Origin: an uncultured Oscillospiraceae bacterium
Lineage (GTDB): Bacteria; Bacillota; Clostridia; Oscillospirales; SIG519
Length of the DNA stretch: 52,571 bases
Assembly (NCBI GenBank): GCA_964520885.1
Contig: CAZFQD010000001.1
Location: 1-52,571, forward strand
Direction of reading: 5' to 3'
In this document: piece by piece, positions 36,763-45,713 of the stretch
How the letters are laid out: every line of letters starts with the position of its first letter
Numbering within the stretch: the stretch's first letter is position 1
The notes under the pieces: model-generated
Databases searched by the model: none
Seen by the model: the letters and a program-made list of their open reading frames with translations, nothing else
Told to the model about the DNA's origin: nothing
Position numbers and translations under genes: made by a program

Positions 36763-36823
36763 TTTTGCTTAATCAATACTCAACCACTCTTAACTCCTCG
36801 TTCCTAATTCCTAACTGTTATTA

Positions 36824-36889
36824 ATCAATTAACTAAAACCCCATTATCATTTTGCAGTAAAATCAATATATCCTCTTCATTGCCATTTT
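36824..36889 (-). pseudogene. ypeB: Displaced copy of the ypeB 3' end (partner 39129-39194)
   Basis: 66 nt with a single mismatch, which is synonymous (GGA/GGC) in the ypeB frame. Same orientation as the intact copy. Confidence 0.85.
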
Positions 36890-37065
36890 CCTCATATTAT
36901 GAGCTATACTTAATACTAATTCTCCATTAAAATATAGAAAATATTTTAATACGAAAGGGTAAACTTTCAAAACATTTTGTAAAAATGTTTGAGAATGAAA
37001 AGACATGGAAAGACAGGGTTCAGTCTAAACGGTCCCTTATGTTCGCTGTAATATTATAAACTATA

Positions 37066-38781
37066 TTAGCTAATTGTTTGTATTCCCAAAAGATGTTTTT
37101 TTATCGCAATTAAATCGCTTATAGAAATATTCCCGTTGTCATAAATATCTCCGGCAATTTTATTAATACCATTCAAAAAATTTATTCCCAACAAGTGGTT
37201 TTTAACAGCTGCTAAGTCCAAAATATCAATAATATTATCCCCATTAGTATCACCCAATTTATAAATATTTGCTATTGTAACAGTTTTATTTGTTACATTT
37301 CCGGCATCATCGGTTGCCACAAATTCAAAGATACCGTTTTCAGCAAAAGTATGAGTTGGAGCATTTAATGAACCTTCATTTGTTGAGGCAGTTACTGTAA
37401 TATTTTTATTTGTTGGAGTTGTATTATAATCTGCAAGTGTTATCATAGGTGCCACCTTATCAATATTATTTATTGTTACTGTTATTGTTATAACATTGCC
37501 CACATCATCTGTTGCCACAAAATCAAAGCTGCCATTTTCAGTAAATGTATGGCTTGTTTCATTTAATGTACCTTCATTAGCCGCAGCTGTAACAGTAACA
37601 TTTTGATTTGTCGGAGTGTTAACATAACTATTTATTGTAATACTCACTGAAGGTATTACTACGAACTGTATATTTTTACTTGCTGCAAATGTCTTAGCAT
37701 ATGAATTGTCAGCCCCATATATAACTACTTTTGTGCTACCGAAAAATGCATTTGGTGCAATACTTGTTACACTATTAGGAATTGCAATTTTAATTAAATT
37801 AGCACAACTGCTAAATGTATCGCTACTTATACTTGTTACACTATTGGGAATGGTTATTGTTGTTATGCCGGAGCATAGGTAAAATGCTCCATCTCCTATA
37901 CTTGTTACACTATTTGGAATTGTTATTGATGTTATACCACAACTACTAAATGTATTATTTCCAATACTTGTCACACTATTGGGAATGGTTATTGATTTTA
38001 AACTAATACATTGATAAAAAGCAAACTCTCCCAAAATTGTTACACTATTTGGAATGATATAGCAAGTTGTTGTTTTCCCTGCAGGGTATTGAATAATTAT
38101 TGTCTTATCTTTGTTAAACAATACTCCGTCGGTGCTTGAATAAAATAAATTATTTGAGTCCACATTAATTGAGGTTAAGACGGGAGAAAAATAAAATGCT
38201 TGTTTTCCTATACTTGAAACACTACTTGAAATATCTACTGTTGTTAATTTTAAACAACCAGAAAACGCATAATCTCCAATGATTGTTACACTATTTGGAA
38301 TTGTTATTGATGTTAAACTACTGCAAGATGAAAATGCATAATTACTGATATTTGTTACACTATTTGGTATTATTATTGAGGTTAATTTTCTGCATCCATA
38401 AAATGCATAGATCCGAATATTTTTTACGCTATTTCCTATTGTTATTGAAGTTATTCCACTACATTGTAAAAATGCATAGTTATTTATATTTATTACACTA
38501 TCCGGAATTATTACTGAGGTGATACTGGTTTTATTTTCAAACGCATTATATCCAATTTCAGTTACCGGTTTCCCTGCAATTGTATCAGGTATAGTAACCG
38601 CACCACCGGTTCCCGTATAACCTGTAATTCTAACATTAGCACCATTATCAATTAACGCATAATTAAAATTCCCACTTGATAATGCAAACGATGGCAATGC
38701 CAAACTCGACACCAAAGAAATCGCCAAAAGTAATGTTAATAAAACCGATACTGCTTTTTTAATAATATTCACTTTTTTCAT
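37066..38781 (-). CDS. Secreted BspA-type leucine-rich-repeat protein with two Ig-like modules and C-terminal dockerin
   Basis: Signal peptide. About 12 repeats of IPNSVT.I...AF..C..LTSITI. Two TN(Q/K)N(V/I)TVTA...HTF.ENG.F.FVATDD.GN modules. Dockerin GDTNGDNIIDILDLAAVKNHLLG...GDIYDNGNISISDLIAIKKHLLG. Confidence 0.8.
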   Translation of the reverse strand: MKKVNIIKKAVSVLLTLLLAISLVSSLALPSFALSSGNFNYALIDNGANVRITGYTGTGGAVTIPDTIAGKPVTEIGYNAFENKTSITSVIIPDSVININNYAFLQCSGITSITIGNSVKNIRIYAFYGCRKLTSIIIPNSVTNISNYAFSSCSSLTSITIPNSVTIIGDYAFSGCLKLTTVDISSSVSSIGKQAFYFSPVLTSINVDSNNLFYSSTDGVLFNKDKTIIIQYPAGKTTTCYIIPNSVTILGEFAFYQCISLKSITIPNSVTSIGNNTFSSCGITSITIPNSVTSIGDGAFYLCSGITTITIPNSVTSISSDTFSSCANLIKIAIPNSVTSIAPNAFFGSTKVVIYGADNSYAKTFAASKNIQFVVIPSVSITINSYVNTPTNQNVTVTAAANEGTLNETSHTFTENGSFDFVATDDVGNVITITVTINNIDKVAPMITLADYNTTPTNKNITVTASTNEGSLNAPTHTFAENGIFEFVATDDAGNVTNKTVTIANIYKLGDTNGDNIIDILDLAAVKNHLLGINFLNGINKIAGDIYDNGNISISDLIAIKKHLLGIQTIS

Positions 38782-39028
38782 TTTGTCCCCTCCAAATTGT
38801 GTTTAATTAAGTGTAATTTTTTTCTAATTAAGTAGTATTATATTGTATTTATATTAATATTTCAATATATATATAACATTTTACTGCCAAAGGGATGCAC
38901 CAAAGGGACGGAGTTTTGACAATCATATATATTATGCTAATTTAACATCTAAATATTACATACATAATAGCATATTGAAAACTATTTTGTCAATCACAAA
39001 TTTTTTTGTTTTTTATTCAAAAGTTGAG

Positions 39029-39058
39029 CAAAAAAATGGACGAATTTACTCGTCCATT
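39029..39058 (-). terminator. Minus-strand terminator just downstream of ypeB (inside the inserted segment)
   Basis: ATGGACGA/TCGTCCAT stem. On the minus strand a T-run follows it (complement of A-run 39031-39036). Confidence 0.7.
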
Positions 39059-39129
39059 TCTCATTTGTGCAAACAATTTTTTTGTACAAACTTCCCATTT
39101 TTAATATAATTATGCATTATTTTCTTTTA

Positions 39130-40479
39130 TCAATTAACTAAAACCCCATTATCATTTTGCAGTAAAATCAATATATCCTCTTCATTTCCATTTTTTGCGT
39201 TTATATATATTAACATATTTTTATCGTCAATAGTTTTACATTTAAATTCATAGCAAAGTCGTTCAACTTTTCCCGGAGTTGGTATAATACATAGCTCACT
39301 TCCTTCAATTTTTAAAGAAGGGCTAACTTTTTTTTCTGCTTGTGCTTTGGTTAAAATTGGAGTTACATCTCTATTTGTAGTATGATTCATTAAATATCCA
39401 TTTGCTTCAAAACTCATAATTTTACCATCATTTAAAGAAACACCCACCTTAATTAAATCGGGATAACATATTGCATTATCTAATACATAAGCGAAATTAA
39501 TTGTTAAAATATTATTGCCTTCATAATAATAGCTTTCTTTCATATTTTTATAATTCTTGCTAATTAAAAACCCTTGTGCTTTCTTAATTGCTTGCTCAAA
39601 ACTAATATTTTTAGCGGTAATAGCAGCACTATTTAACATACTATAAACAAATCCGCCCTGCCGAGTAATTTCAATTGAAACAGTTCCACTATTAAACGAA
39701 AAGGTGGGAATTAAACCATTAGTTTCGCCTACATAAACGATATTTTCAATATTTACATTTAAAAATTCCGCCGCCTTTTTTTTAGCATTTACATTAGAAA
39801 ATTGAGGTTGATTTTTTAGCATTGTAGGGGATAAGTTTTCTAAATGCTCGCTAAATGGTCCATCATAAATTAATTTTGGGTAACTTGCAATATCCTCTTC
39901 AATTTTAGCCATTTCACTTGTTAAACTTATGGCATTCTCATTGCCGTTTTTTTCAGTGTTTTTAATTAAATTTAATAGTTCATTATTTTTTAGATTTCCA
40001 TTTTGCACCTCGCTTTGCAAGAAACTAATTTGTGTTGCTAAAATTGTGGCTTCATCCGAAAGGTTTTTCAAAGTTTCTCTATCTTGTTCGTTAATTACTC
40101 CACCCTCTAAAACTTTCCTCGATAAAGAATTCACATACTCACCTGTTTGAGATAAAAATTTTGCTGTTCCCATTAAATTAGAAGCATAAAAAGGCAATGC
40201 CGAAATGCTTTCCTTTGCAGCACTGGTTGTTTTCCAAATTTGACTTGCCAAACCCACTAACTGCAATGAAGAATTTGCATATAGGCCCTTTTGCAAAGTG
40301 GCATCAATAGTATTCATATATTCCGATAATTGTGCAAATGAGCCTTGATAGGTATAGCTAATATATCGTCTGTAAATTGAAGATTGAACAAAAAAGGTAA
40401 GTGCAAAACCAGCTATAACTGCCATTAAGGATACAGTATAGCTTATTATTCTAATTAATTGTCTTCTTGTTAAATGCAT
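39130..40479 (-). CDS. ypeB: Spore germination protein YpeB (PepSY-domain)
   Basis: 449 aa. N-terminal TM anchor, the YpeB-type N-domain (SFAQLSEYMNTIDATLQKGLYANS) and C-terminal PepSY repeats. Confidence 0.8.
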   Translation of the reverse strand: MHLTRRQLIRIISYTVSLMAVIAGFALTFFVQSSIYRRYISYTYQGSFAQLSEYMNTIDATLQKGLYANSSLQLVGLASQIWKTTSAAKESISALPFYASNLMGTAKFLSQTGEYVNSLSRKVLEGGVINEQDRETLKNLSDEATILATQISFLQSEVQNGNLKNNELLNLIKNTEKNGNENAISLTSEMAKIEEDIASYPKLIYDGPFSEHLENLSPTMLKNQPQFSNVNAKKKAAEFLNVNIENIVYVGETNGLIPTFSFNSGTVSIEITRQGGFVYSMLNSAAITAKNISFEQAIKKAQGFLISKNYKNMKESYYYEGNNILTINFAYVLDNAICYPDLIKVGVSLNDGKIMSFEANGYLMNHTTNRDVTPILTKAQAEKKVSPSLKIEGSELCIIPTPGKVERLCYEFKCKTIDDKNMLIYINAKNGNEEDILILLQNDNGVLVN

Positions 40480-40734
40480 AATTAATTCAATTCCTTTCGC
40501 TTTTGTTAGTATTATTTTTTTGCTTTTGGTAAAAATTATACATTATAATTTTAAAATATTGAAAAAATAAAAATTTTTTTTAAAAAGCATTGCTATTATC
40601 AATTTTATGTGGTATTATGTTTTGGCTAATTAATAAACTATGGAATTTAAATAATAACCTATTCTCTTTAATTTTTTTTGAAGACATGAAAGATTATTTT
40701 TCACTTTCCAAATAAATTAAAGGAGGATATTAAT

Positions 40735-40932
40735 ATGGCTGATAAAACAATTAAGTGTAAGGATTGTGGAGCAGATTTCTTGTTTACTGATAGTGAGCAA
40801 GCATTTTACAAGGAAAAGGGTTTTGAAAATGAACCACAAAGATGTGCTGATTGCAGAAGATTAAAGAAGCAACAAAGAAATGAAGGCGGCTTCGGCGGCA
40901 ACAGAAACTTTGGCGGCGAAAAAAAGTGGTAA
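40735..40932 (+). CDS. Small zinc-ribbon protein (CxxC...CxxC) with Gly-rich tail
   Basis: 65 aa. IKCKDCGADFLFTDSEQAFYKEKGFENEPQRCADCRR. Strong AAAGGAGG RBS. Confidence 0.7.
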   Translation: MADKTIKCKDCGADFLFTDSEQAFYKEKGFENEPQRCADCRRLKKQQRNEGGFGGNRNFGGEKKW

Positions 40933-40953
40933 ACTAACTCTTAGTTCACAATA

Positions 40954-40988
40954 AAAAGCCTCTTGAATATTTCAAGAGGCTTTTTATT
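40954..40988 (+). terminator. Rho-independent terminator
   Basis: 14-bp stem AAAAGCCTCTTGAA/TTCAAGAGGCTTTT plus a T-run. Confidence 0.85.
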
Positions 40989-41087
40989 ATAGTATTTTAG
41001 AAATAAATCACTTGAAAAGAAATCACTTAATTAATTTAGCTTTTCGCAAAGCCATTACAACAACAACCGACAAAGTGTCACCTATCA

Positions 41088-41116
41088 TTGACGACTTAAG
41101 AAAAATTTTCTATAAT
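41088..41116 (+). promoter_or_regulatory. Putative sigma-A-type promoter of the wzz/BY-kinase operon
   Basis: TTGACG (41088-41093), 17-nt spacer, TATAAT (41111-41116). Confidence 0.5.
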
Positions 41117-41200
41117 ATTTTAAAATAATATTTGCATATTATTATAAAAAATGCTATTATTATAAAAAAACTAATTATTAAATTAAAATGGAGGCAAAAA

Positions 41201-41995
41201 ATGAATAGTGATAAGATTCAACCCATAGCTGGAACACCTATTAATACAACTATTTTTATGAGGCCAAAGCAAACTATTAATAACCAAAATAACGATATTA
41301 CTGATGATAGTGCTTTTGCTGATTACAAATATTTGTTTTTTGTTTTAATTAAGAAATGGTGGATAATTGCTTTAATTGCAATTGTTAGTGGAATTATTGC
41401 GGCAATATATTCCTTTTTCTTTGCAAAACCAATTTTTAGTGCTGAGGCGAGTTTGTATTTATATAGCAAAACAAGTCAAAGTGCTTTATTGTCGGAACTC
41501 AATGCAAGCGAGCTTTTAGTTAAGGATAGTTTGGAAATAATAAAAAGTAATACGGTAATGCAAACGGCTATTAAGAAAATTACTGTGGCAACTAAACCTT
41601 CCATTTCATCATTAAAAAACAGCACTTTCGTATCATCACAATCTGATACACGAATAATAAGAATACGAGTTGAGGACACAAATGCCTCAGATACAGCATT
41701 ATATGCCAATGCAATTGCTAAATCATTTGTGGAAGAAATGAGCAATTTAATAGGTTCGGACTATCAAAGCAATGATATTGTAAATGTTCTTGATGAGGCT
41801 AATAAGCCGACATCTCCAATTAAACCCAATAAGTTAGTAAACATTCTAATTGCTGTTCTTATTGGAGTTTTTTCTGGAGCGGCATTGTTATTTGTTTTAG
41901 AGAAAATAGATGATACTCTTAAATCACCAGAAAAGGTTAAAGCTATATCAGGACTTCCTATGTTAGGAGCAATAATGTTCTTTGATGAAAAATAA
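41201..41995 (+). CDS. Wzz/YveK-type chain-length determinant (BY-kinase transmembrane modulator)
   Basis: Start at ATG 41201 after GGAGG. Two TM helices flank an extracellular domain. Lies immediately upstream of the kinase gene. Confidence 0.8.
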   Translation: MNSDKIQPIAGTPINTTIFMRPKQTINNQNNDITDDSAFADYKYLFFVLIKKWWIIALIAIVSGIIAAIYSFFFAKPIFSAEASLYLYSKTSQSALLSELNASELLVKDSLEIIKSNTVMQTAIKKITVATKPSISSLKNSTFVSSQSDTRIIRIRVEDTNASDTALYANAIAKSFVEEMSNLIGSDYQSNDIVNVLDEANKPTSPIKPNKLVNILIAVLIGVFSGAALLFVLEKIDDTLKSPEKVKAISGLPMLGAIMFFDEK

Positions 41996-42012
41996 AAAAG
42001 GAGAATTGACTT

Positions 42013-42834
42013 ATGTTAAATACAAAATCATTAATAATGGTAAATAAAAAAAGGTCGCCTGCCGCTGAGGCATATAGAATGATAAGAACAAGTCTTTTAT
42101 ATTCTAAAAATGGTCAGTTACCTCAAGTTATTATAGTTACAAGCACAAGGACTAGTGAAGGAAAAACTACCACCGCAAGCAATCTCGCCTTGGCATTTGC
42201 TCAAACAGGAAGAAAGGTTTTGCTTTTAGATGGTGATGTTAGAAAGCCTTCAATTCACCAGCTTTTTGGAATTAGCAAATTAAAAGGTTTAACTTCCTTG
42301 CTTAAAAACACTTCAACAATAACTGAAAGTGTTTTTCATATTGATGATTATAATATTGATATTATGCCTTCAGGTCCCAGTATGTCGGACCCTACAGAAC
42401 TTTTATCTTCTTCTATTTTATCTGAAATATTTAATGAGCTAAAAGAGATGTATCAAGTAATATTAATTGATACTCCTCCTGTTGGAGTTGTAACTGATGC
42501 GGCTATGTTAGCTCCCATTGCTGATGGATATGTTATAGTTGTTTCCGAAGGTGGAGCTACTGTTGCAGAATTTAAAAACGCCAAAGACCATCTTGAAAAA
42601 GTTGGAGCTGACATTTTAGGGGTAGTATTTAACAAAATGGGTGCTGTTTTGGGCAAGGATAGTTATTATTATAAGTATTATTATAATAGATATTATTATT
42701 ATGGTTATGGAAGTGTTTATGGTTCTAAAAACAAGAAAAAGAAAGGTTTGTTTAAAGATAAAAAAACAACTCCAAACGAAGAAACAAAAAATTCTGAGTT
42801 GAATAAAGAAACTACTAAAACTGAAAATAAATAA
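42013..42834 (+). CDS. CpsD/CapB-family protein tyrosine kinase (BY-kinase) with extended Tyr cluster
   Basis: Walker A TSTRTSEGKTTTASNLA, Walker A' LLLDGDVRKP, Walker B VILIDTPP. C-terminal DSYYYKYYYNRYYYYGYGSVYG, then a Lys-rich tail. Confidence 0.85.
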   Translation: MLNTKSLIMVNKKRSPAAEAYRMIRTSLLYSKNGQLPQVIIVTSTRTSEGKTTTASNLALAFAQTGRKVLLLDGDVRKPSIHQLFGISKLKGLTSLLKNTSTITESVFHIDDYNIDIMPSGPSMSDPTELLSSSILSEIFNELKEMYQVILIDTPPVGVVTDAAMLAPIADGYVIVVSEGGATVAEFKNAKDHLEKVGADILGVVFNKMGAVLGKDSYYYKYYYNRYYYYGYGSVYGSKNKKKKGLFKDKKTTPNEETKNSELNKETTKTENK

Positions 42835-42852
42835 TAGATAGGAGGGATTCTC

Positions 42853-43698
42853 TTGTCTAATAATAAAAAATTTATTGATTTACATATACATACTAATATG
42901 TCTGATGGAAGTTATTCCCCTGAGGAAATAGTATTATTAGCAAAACAAAATGGCATTAGTGCTATTGCTATTACCGACCATGATACTTTCGAGGGTGTTG
43001 AAGATGCTATGTATTATGGGGCAAAATACGGAATTGAAGTAATAGCGGGTGTTGAAATAGGTATTGATTTTAGTTATAACTTTGGTGTTCATGGTTTAGC
43101 CTATTTTTTTGACAATAGATTTTTACAGTTACAAGAGTGGTTTTTTAATTTAAGAAATTATAATGTAAATTCATTTATTGATAGTATTTCAAGAAAAGTT
43201 ATTGAAATTGGAATACCTTTTTCAAATAAAGATTTTATGAAATTTTCAGGCAATAAATATATTAACATCTATTGCGTTTTTGATTATATTTCCACTATAA
43301 GTGATTATACAAGTGCTTTTGAGGTTGAAAAAGAATTGTTTACTTTTGGCAAGCCTTGTTTTATTGAAGGTTTGAACATAATTTCTGAAATTATTAGAAT
43401 TGTTAAGGATTGTGGTGGTAAATTATTTCTTTCTCATCCATTCAAATACGGATTAGAAAAAAATGATGCAATTGAATTAGTAAAAACTGCAAAATTAAGA
43501 GGCTTTGATGGAATTGAGGTTTATAACGGAGAATCCTCATTAGAGCAAACAAAAATTCTTGAAAATTTAAGTAAAGAGTTGAAATTTTTAATCACTGGCG
43601 GAAGTGATTTTCATGGAGAGAACAAACCAAATGTTAAAATTGGAATTGTAAATAATAAAAATTTATCTTATGAAATATTAGAAAAAATTAGAAATTGA
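42853..43698 (+). CDS. PHP-domain phosphoesterase (TrpH/YciV-like), possible cognate phosphotyrosine phosphatase
   Basis: TTG start after GGAGGG. FIDLHIHTNMSDGSYSPEEIV...IAITDHDT and C-terminal GGSDFHG metal-ligand motifs. Confidence 0.7.
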   Translation: MSNNKKFIDLHIHTNMSDGSYSPEEIVLLAKQNGISAIAITDHDTFEGVEDAMYYGAKYGIEVIAGVEIGIDFSYNFGVHGLAYFFDNRFLQLQEWFFNLRNYNVNSFIDSISRKVIEIGIPFSNKDFMKFSGNKYINIYCVFDYISTISDYTSAFEVEKELFTFGKPCFIEGLNIISEIIRIVKDCGGKLFLSHPFKYGLEKNDAIELVKTAKLRGFDGIEVYNGESSLEQTKILENLSKELKFLITGGSDFHGENKPNVKIGIVNNKNLSYEILEKIRN

Positions 43699-43781
43699 TA
43701 TTTTTTCTTTATTTTTTTATTATTATGTTGAATAACAAAAATTAATTAACATAAAATAATTAAGTGCCAAGGGGTGAAAAT

Positions 43782-44681
43782 GTGAAAAAAGTAATAAAAA
43801 TTATTTTTGGGATATTAGTAACTGCCGTTATTTTATATTATAGTATTCAAGCTCTTGGTTTAGTAGATTTTAGAACAATTAGAAGTATAAACATTAATTG
43901 GTTTTATATTTTTTTTGCAGTAGTAGCTTTTGTTGGAAGTAACTTAGCTAAAGGAGCTATGTATACTTTTGGAATAGCTAAGGGAATTAGTTTTTTTGAT
44001 GCAGTTAGATTTAATTCTGTTGGTAATGCTTTAAATATGGTGCTTCCTTTTAAGGCTGGAGACGGATTAAAACTCTCGCTTTTTCCTAAGGAATACTCTG
44101 TTTCTCAAAGAGGGGTTTTATTTGGTCTTTCAATGGCATTAGACTGTATTTCTATTATATTCTTTGCAATATTAGCATTGTTGTTTTCTGATTTTACAAA
44201 AGATATAATAGGATATAACCTTGACCTTAAAGCTCTTATTATTGTTAGTAGTATAGTAATATTTTTATTGGGCTTTGGTGGAATTGTAATTGGAATGCGT
44301 TTTGAAAAAACAAAACAACAAATCCTTGATTTACTAAAAGGCGATATAAAACATGCCTTAATGTATAATATGCTTTCTTGGTTTTTGCTATATGTTTCTA
44401 AGGTGTTTAGTTTATTGGCTTTAGATTATTTTACTTTAATCCCCTCAATAAAAGATGCTTTGTTAGTTACGGTAACAACTAATGTTGCATTAGTAATCCC
44501 AGCTGCTCCGGGAGGAATAGGCCTTTTTGAATTTGCTTGTGTAATTGCTCTTACTCAATCTAATTTGAATGTCGCTGAGGCTACTACTGCTGGCATTGTA
44601 ATTCATATAATACAATACATAGGGCTTGTGCCTATGGGAATTTATTATTATTTTAAAGGATTGAAGAGAAAAAATGCCTAA
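43782..44681 (+). CDS. Flippase-like/LPG-synthase-TM (UPF0104) family membrane protein
   Basis: Start at GTG 43782 (MKKVIKIIFG) after AAGGGG. About 8 TM helices, with PAAPGGIGLFE near the C-terminus. Confidence 0.6.
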   Translation: MKKVIKIIFGILVTAVILYYSIQALGLVDFRTIRSININWFYIFFAVVAFVGSNLAKGAMYTFGIAKGISFFDAVRFNSVGNALNMVLPFKAGDGLKLSLFPKEYSVSQRGVLFGLSMALDCISIIFFAILALLFSDFTKDIIGYNLDLKALIIVSSIVIFLLGFGGIVIGMRFEKTKQQILDLLKGDIKHALMYNMLSWFLLYVSKVFSLLALDYFTLIPSIKDALLVTVTTNVALVIPAAPGGIGLFEFACVIALTQSNLNVAEATTAGIVIHIIQYIGLVPMGIYYYFKGLKRKNA

Positions 44682-45366
44682 TGGTTTTATTAAGGCTTTA
44701 GCAGTAACAAAATTTTATGAAATGGGCTATTCAAGGCTTAGTGCGTTAGATAGAATTACTACAACTATTAACAAAGGTGAGTTTATTGCAATACTTGGTC
44801 CATCCGGTTCTGGAAAATCCACCCTAATGAATTTAATTGGGGGACTTGACTTGCCTGAACAAGGCAAGATTTTTGTTAAAGGACAAGATTTATCAAAACT
44901 TTGTGATAAGGAAATGTCTTTGTATCGCAATAAAACGGTCGGTTTTGTTTTTCAAAGTTTTAATTTAGATAATTCATTAACTGCAATAGAAAATGTAATG
45001 CTCCCATTAATGTATGCTGGAGTTTCACGGTCAAAAAGGGCAGATATTGCCTACGAGGCACTTTCTAATGTTGGTCTTTCTGATAGAGTAAAACATCGCC
45101 CCTCAGAACTTTCGGGTGGGCAAAGACAAAGAGTTAGCATTGCAAGAGCAATAGTTAATCAACCTGAAATTATTTTAGCCGATGAACCAACAGGTAATTT
45201 AGATACTCAATCTGGCGAAATGGTGTTAAACCTTTTGCAAGAGTTAAACAAAAAAGGCTACACAATAATAATGGTAACCCATAATCCTTTGCAAGCGAAC
45301 TATGCAAATAGAGTAATAGAAATATGTGATGGGAAAATTGTGAGGGATGAATGTTTGAACAATTAA
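44674..45366 (+). CDS. ABC transporter ATP-binding protein (MacB/LolD-like), no adjacent permease
   Basis: Walker A GPSGSGKST, Q-loop, signature LSGGQRQRVSIARA, Walker B ILADEPTGNLD. Overlaps the upstream gene by 8 nt. Confidence 0.9.
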   Translation: MPNGFIKALAVTKFYEMGYSRLSALDRITTTINKGEFIAILGPSGSGKSTLMNLIGGLDLPEQGKIFVKGQDLSKLCDKEMSLYRNKTVGFVFQSFNLDNSLTAIENVMLPLMYAGVSRSKRADIAYEALSNVGLSDRVKHRPSELSGGQRQRVSIARAIVNQPEIILADEPTGNLDTQSGEMVLNLLQELNKKGYTIIMVTHNPLQANYANRVIEICDGKIVRDECLNN

Positions 45367-45442
45367 TAACCAACAACACAATCTGCCATCTTTTTTGCTA
45401 CCCATCTAAAAAAAATAAGCCTAATAAGTTAGAACAGCAAAT

Positions 45443-45658
45443 TTTATCATTAAACAAAGTGGTATCATTAAGTAAAACGATTTCATTAAATGAGCAAAGC
45501 GAGTGATTTCATTAAGCAAAGCGATTTCATTATTAAAACTTAAAACTTAACAACTAAAATGAAAAAATGAAAACGGGACTTATGTCCCTTAATGAAACCG
45601 CTACACTAAATGATATCGGTGCTTTGCACCTAAATGATATCGTGCTACGCACTTAATG
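45443..45658. repeat. Inverted arrays of an 11-nt box (GATWTCATTAA)
   Basis: Five direct boxes (45445, 45462, 45479, 45505, 45522). GGGAC-TTAT-GTCCC hairpin at 45575-45588. Four inverted boxes (45588, 45607, 45631, 45652). Confidence 0.55.
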
Positions 45659-45713
45659 TTTGCTGATTAAACTTATAGCCATAAAAACCATAAACGAAAG
45701 GACAAATTTTATA

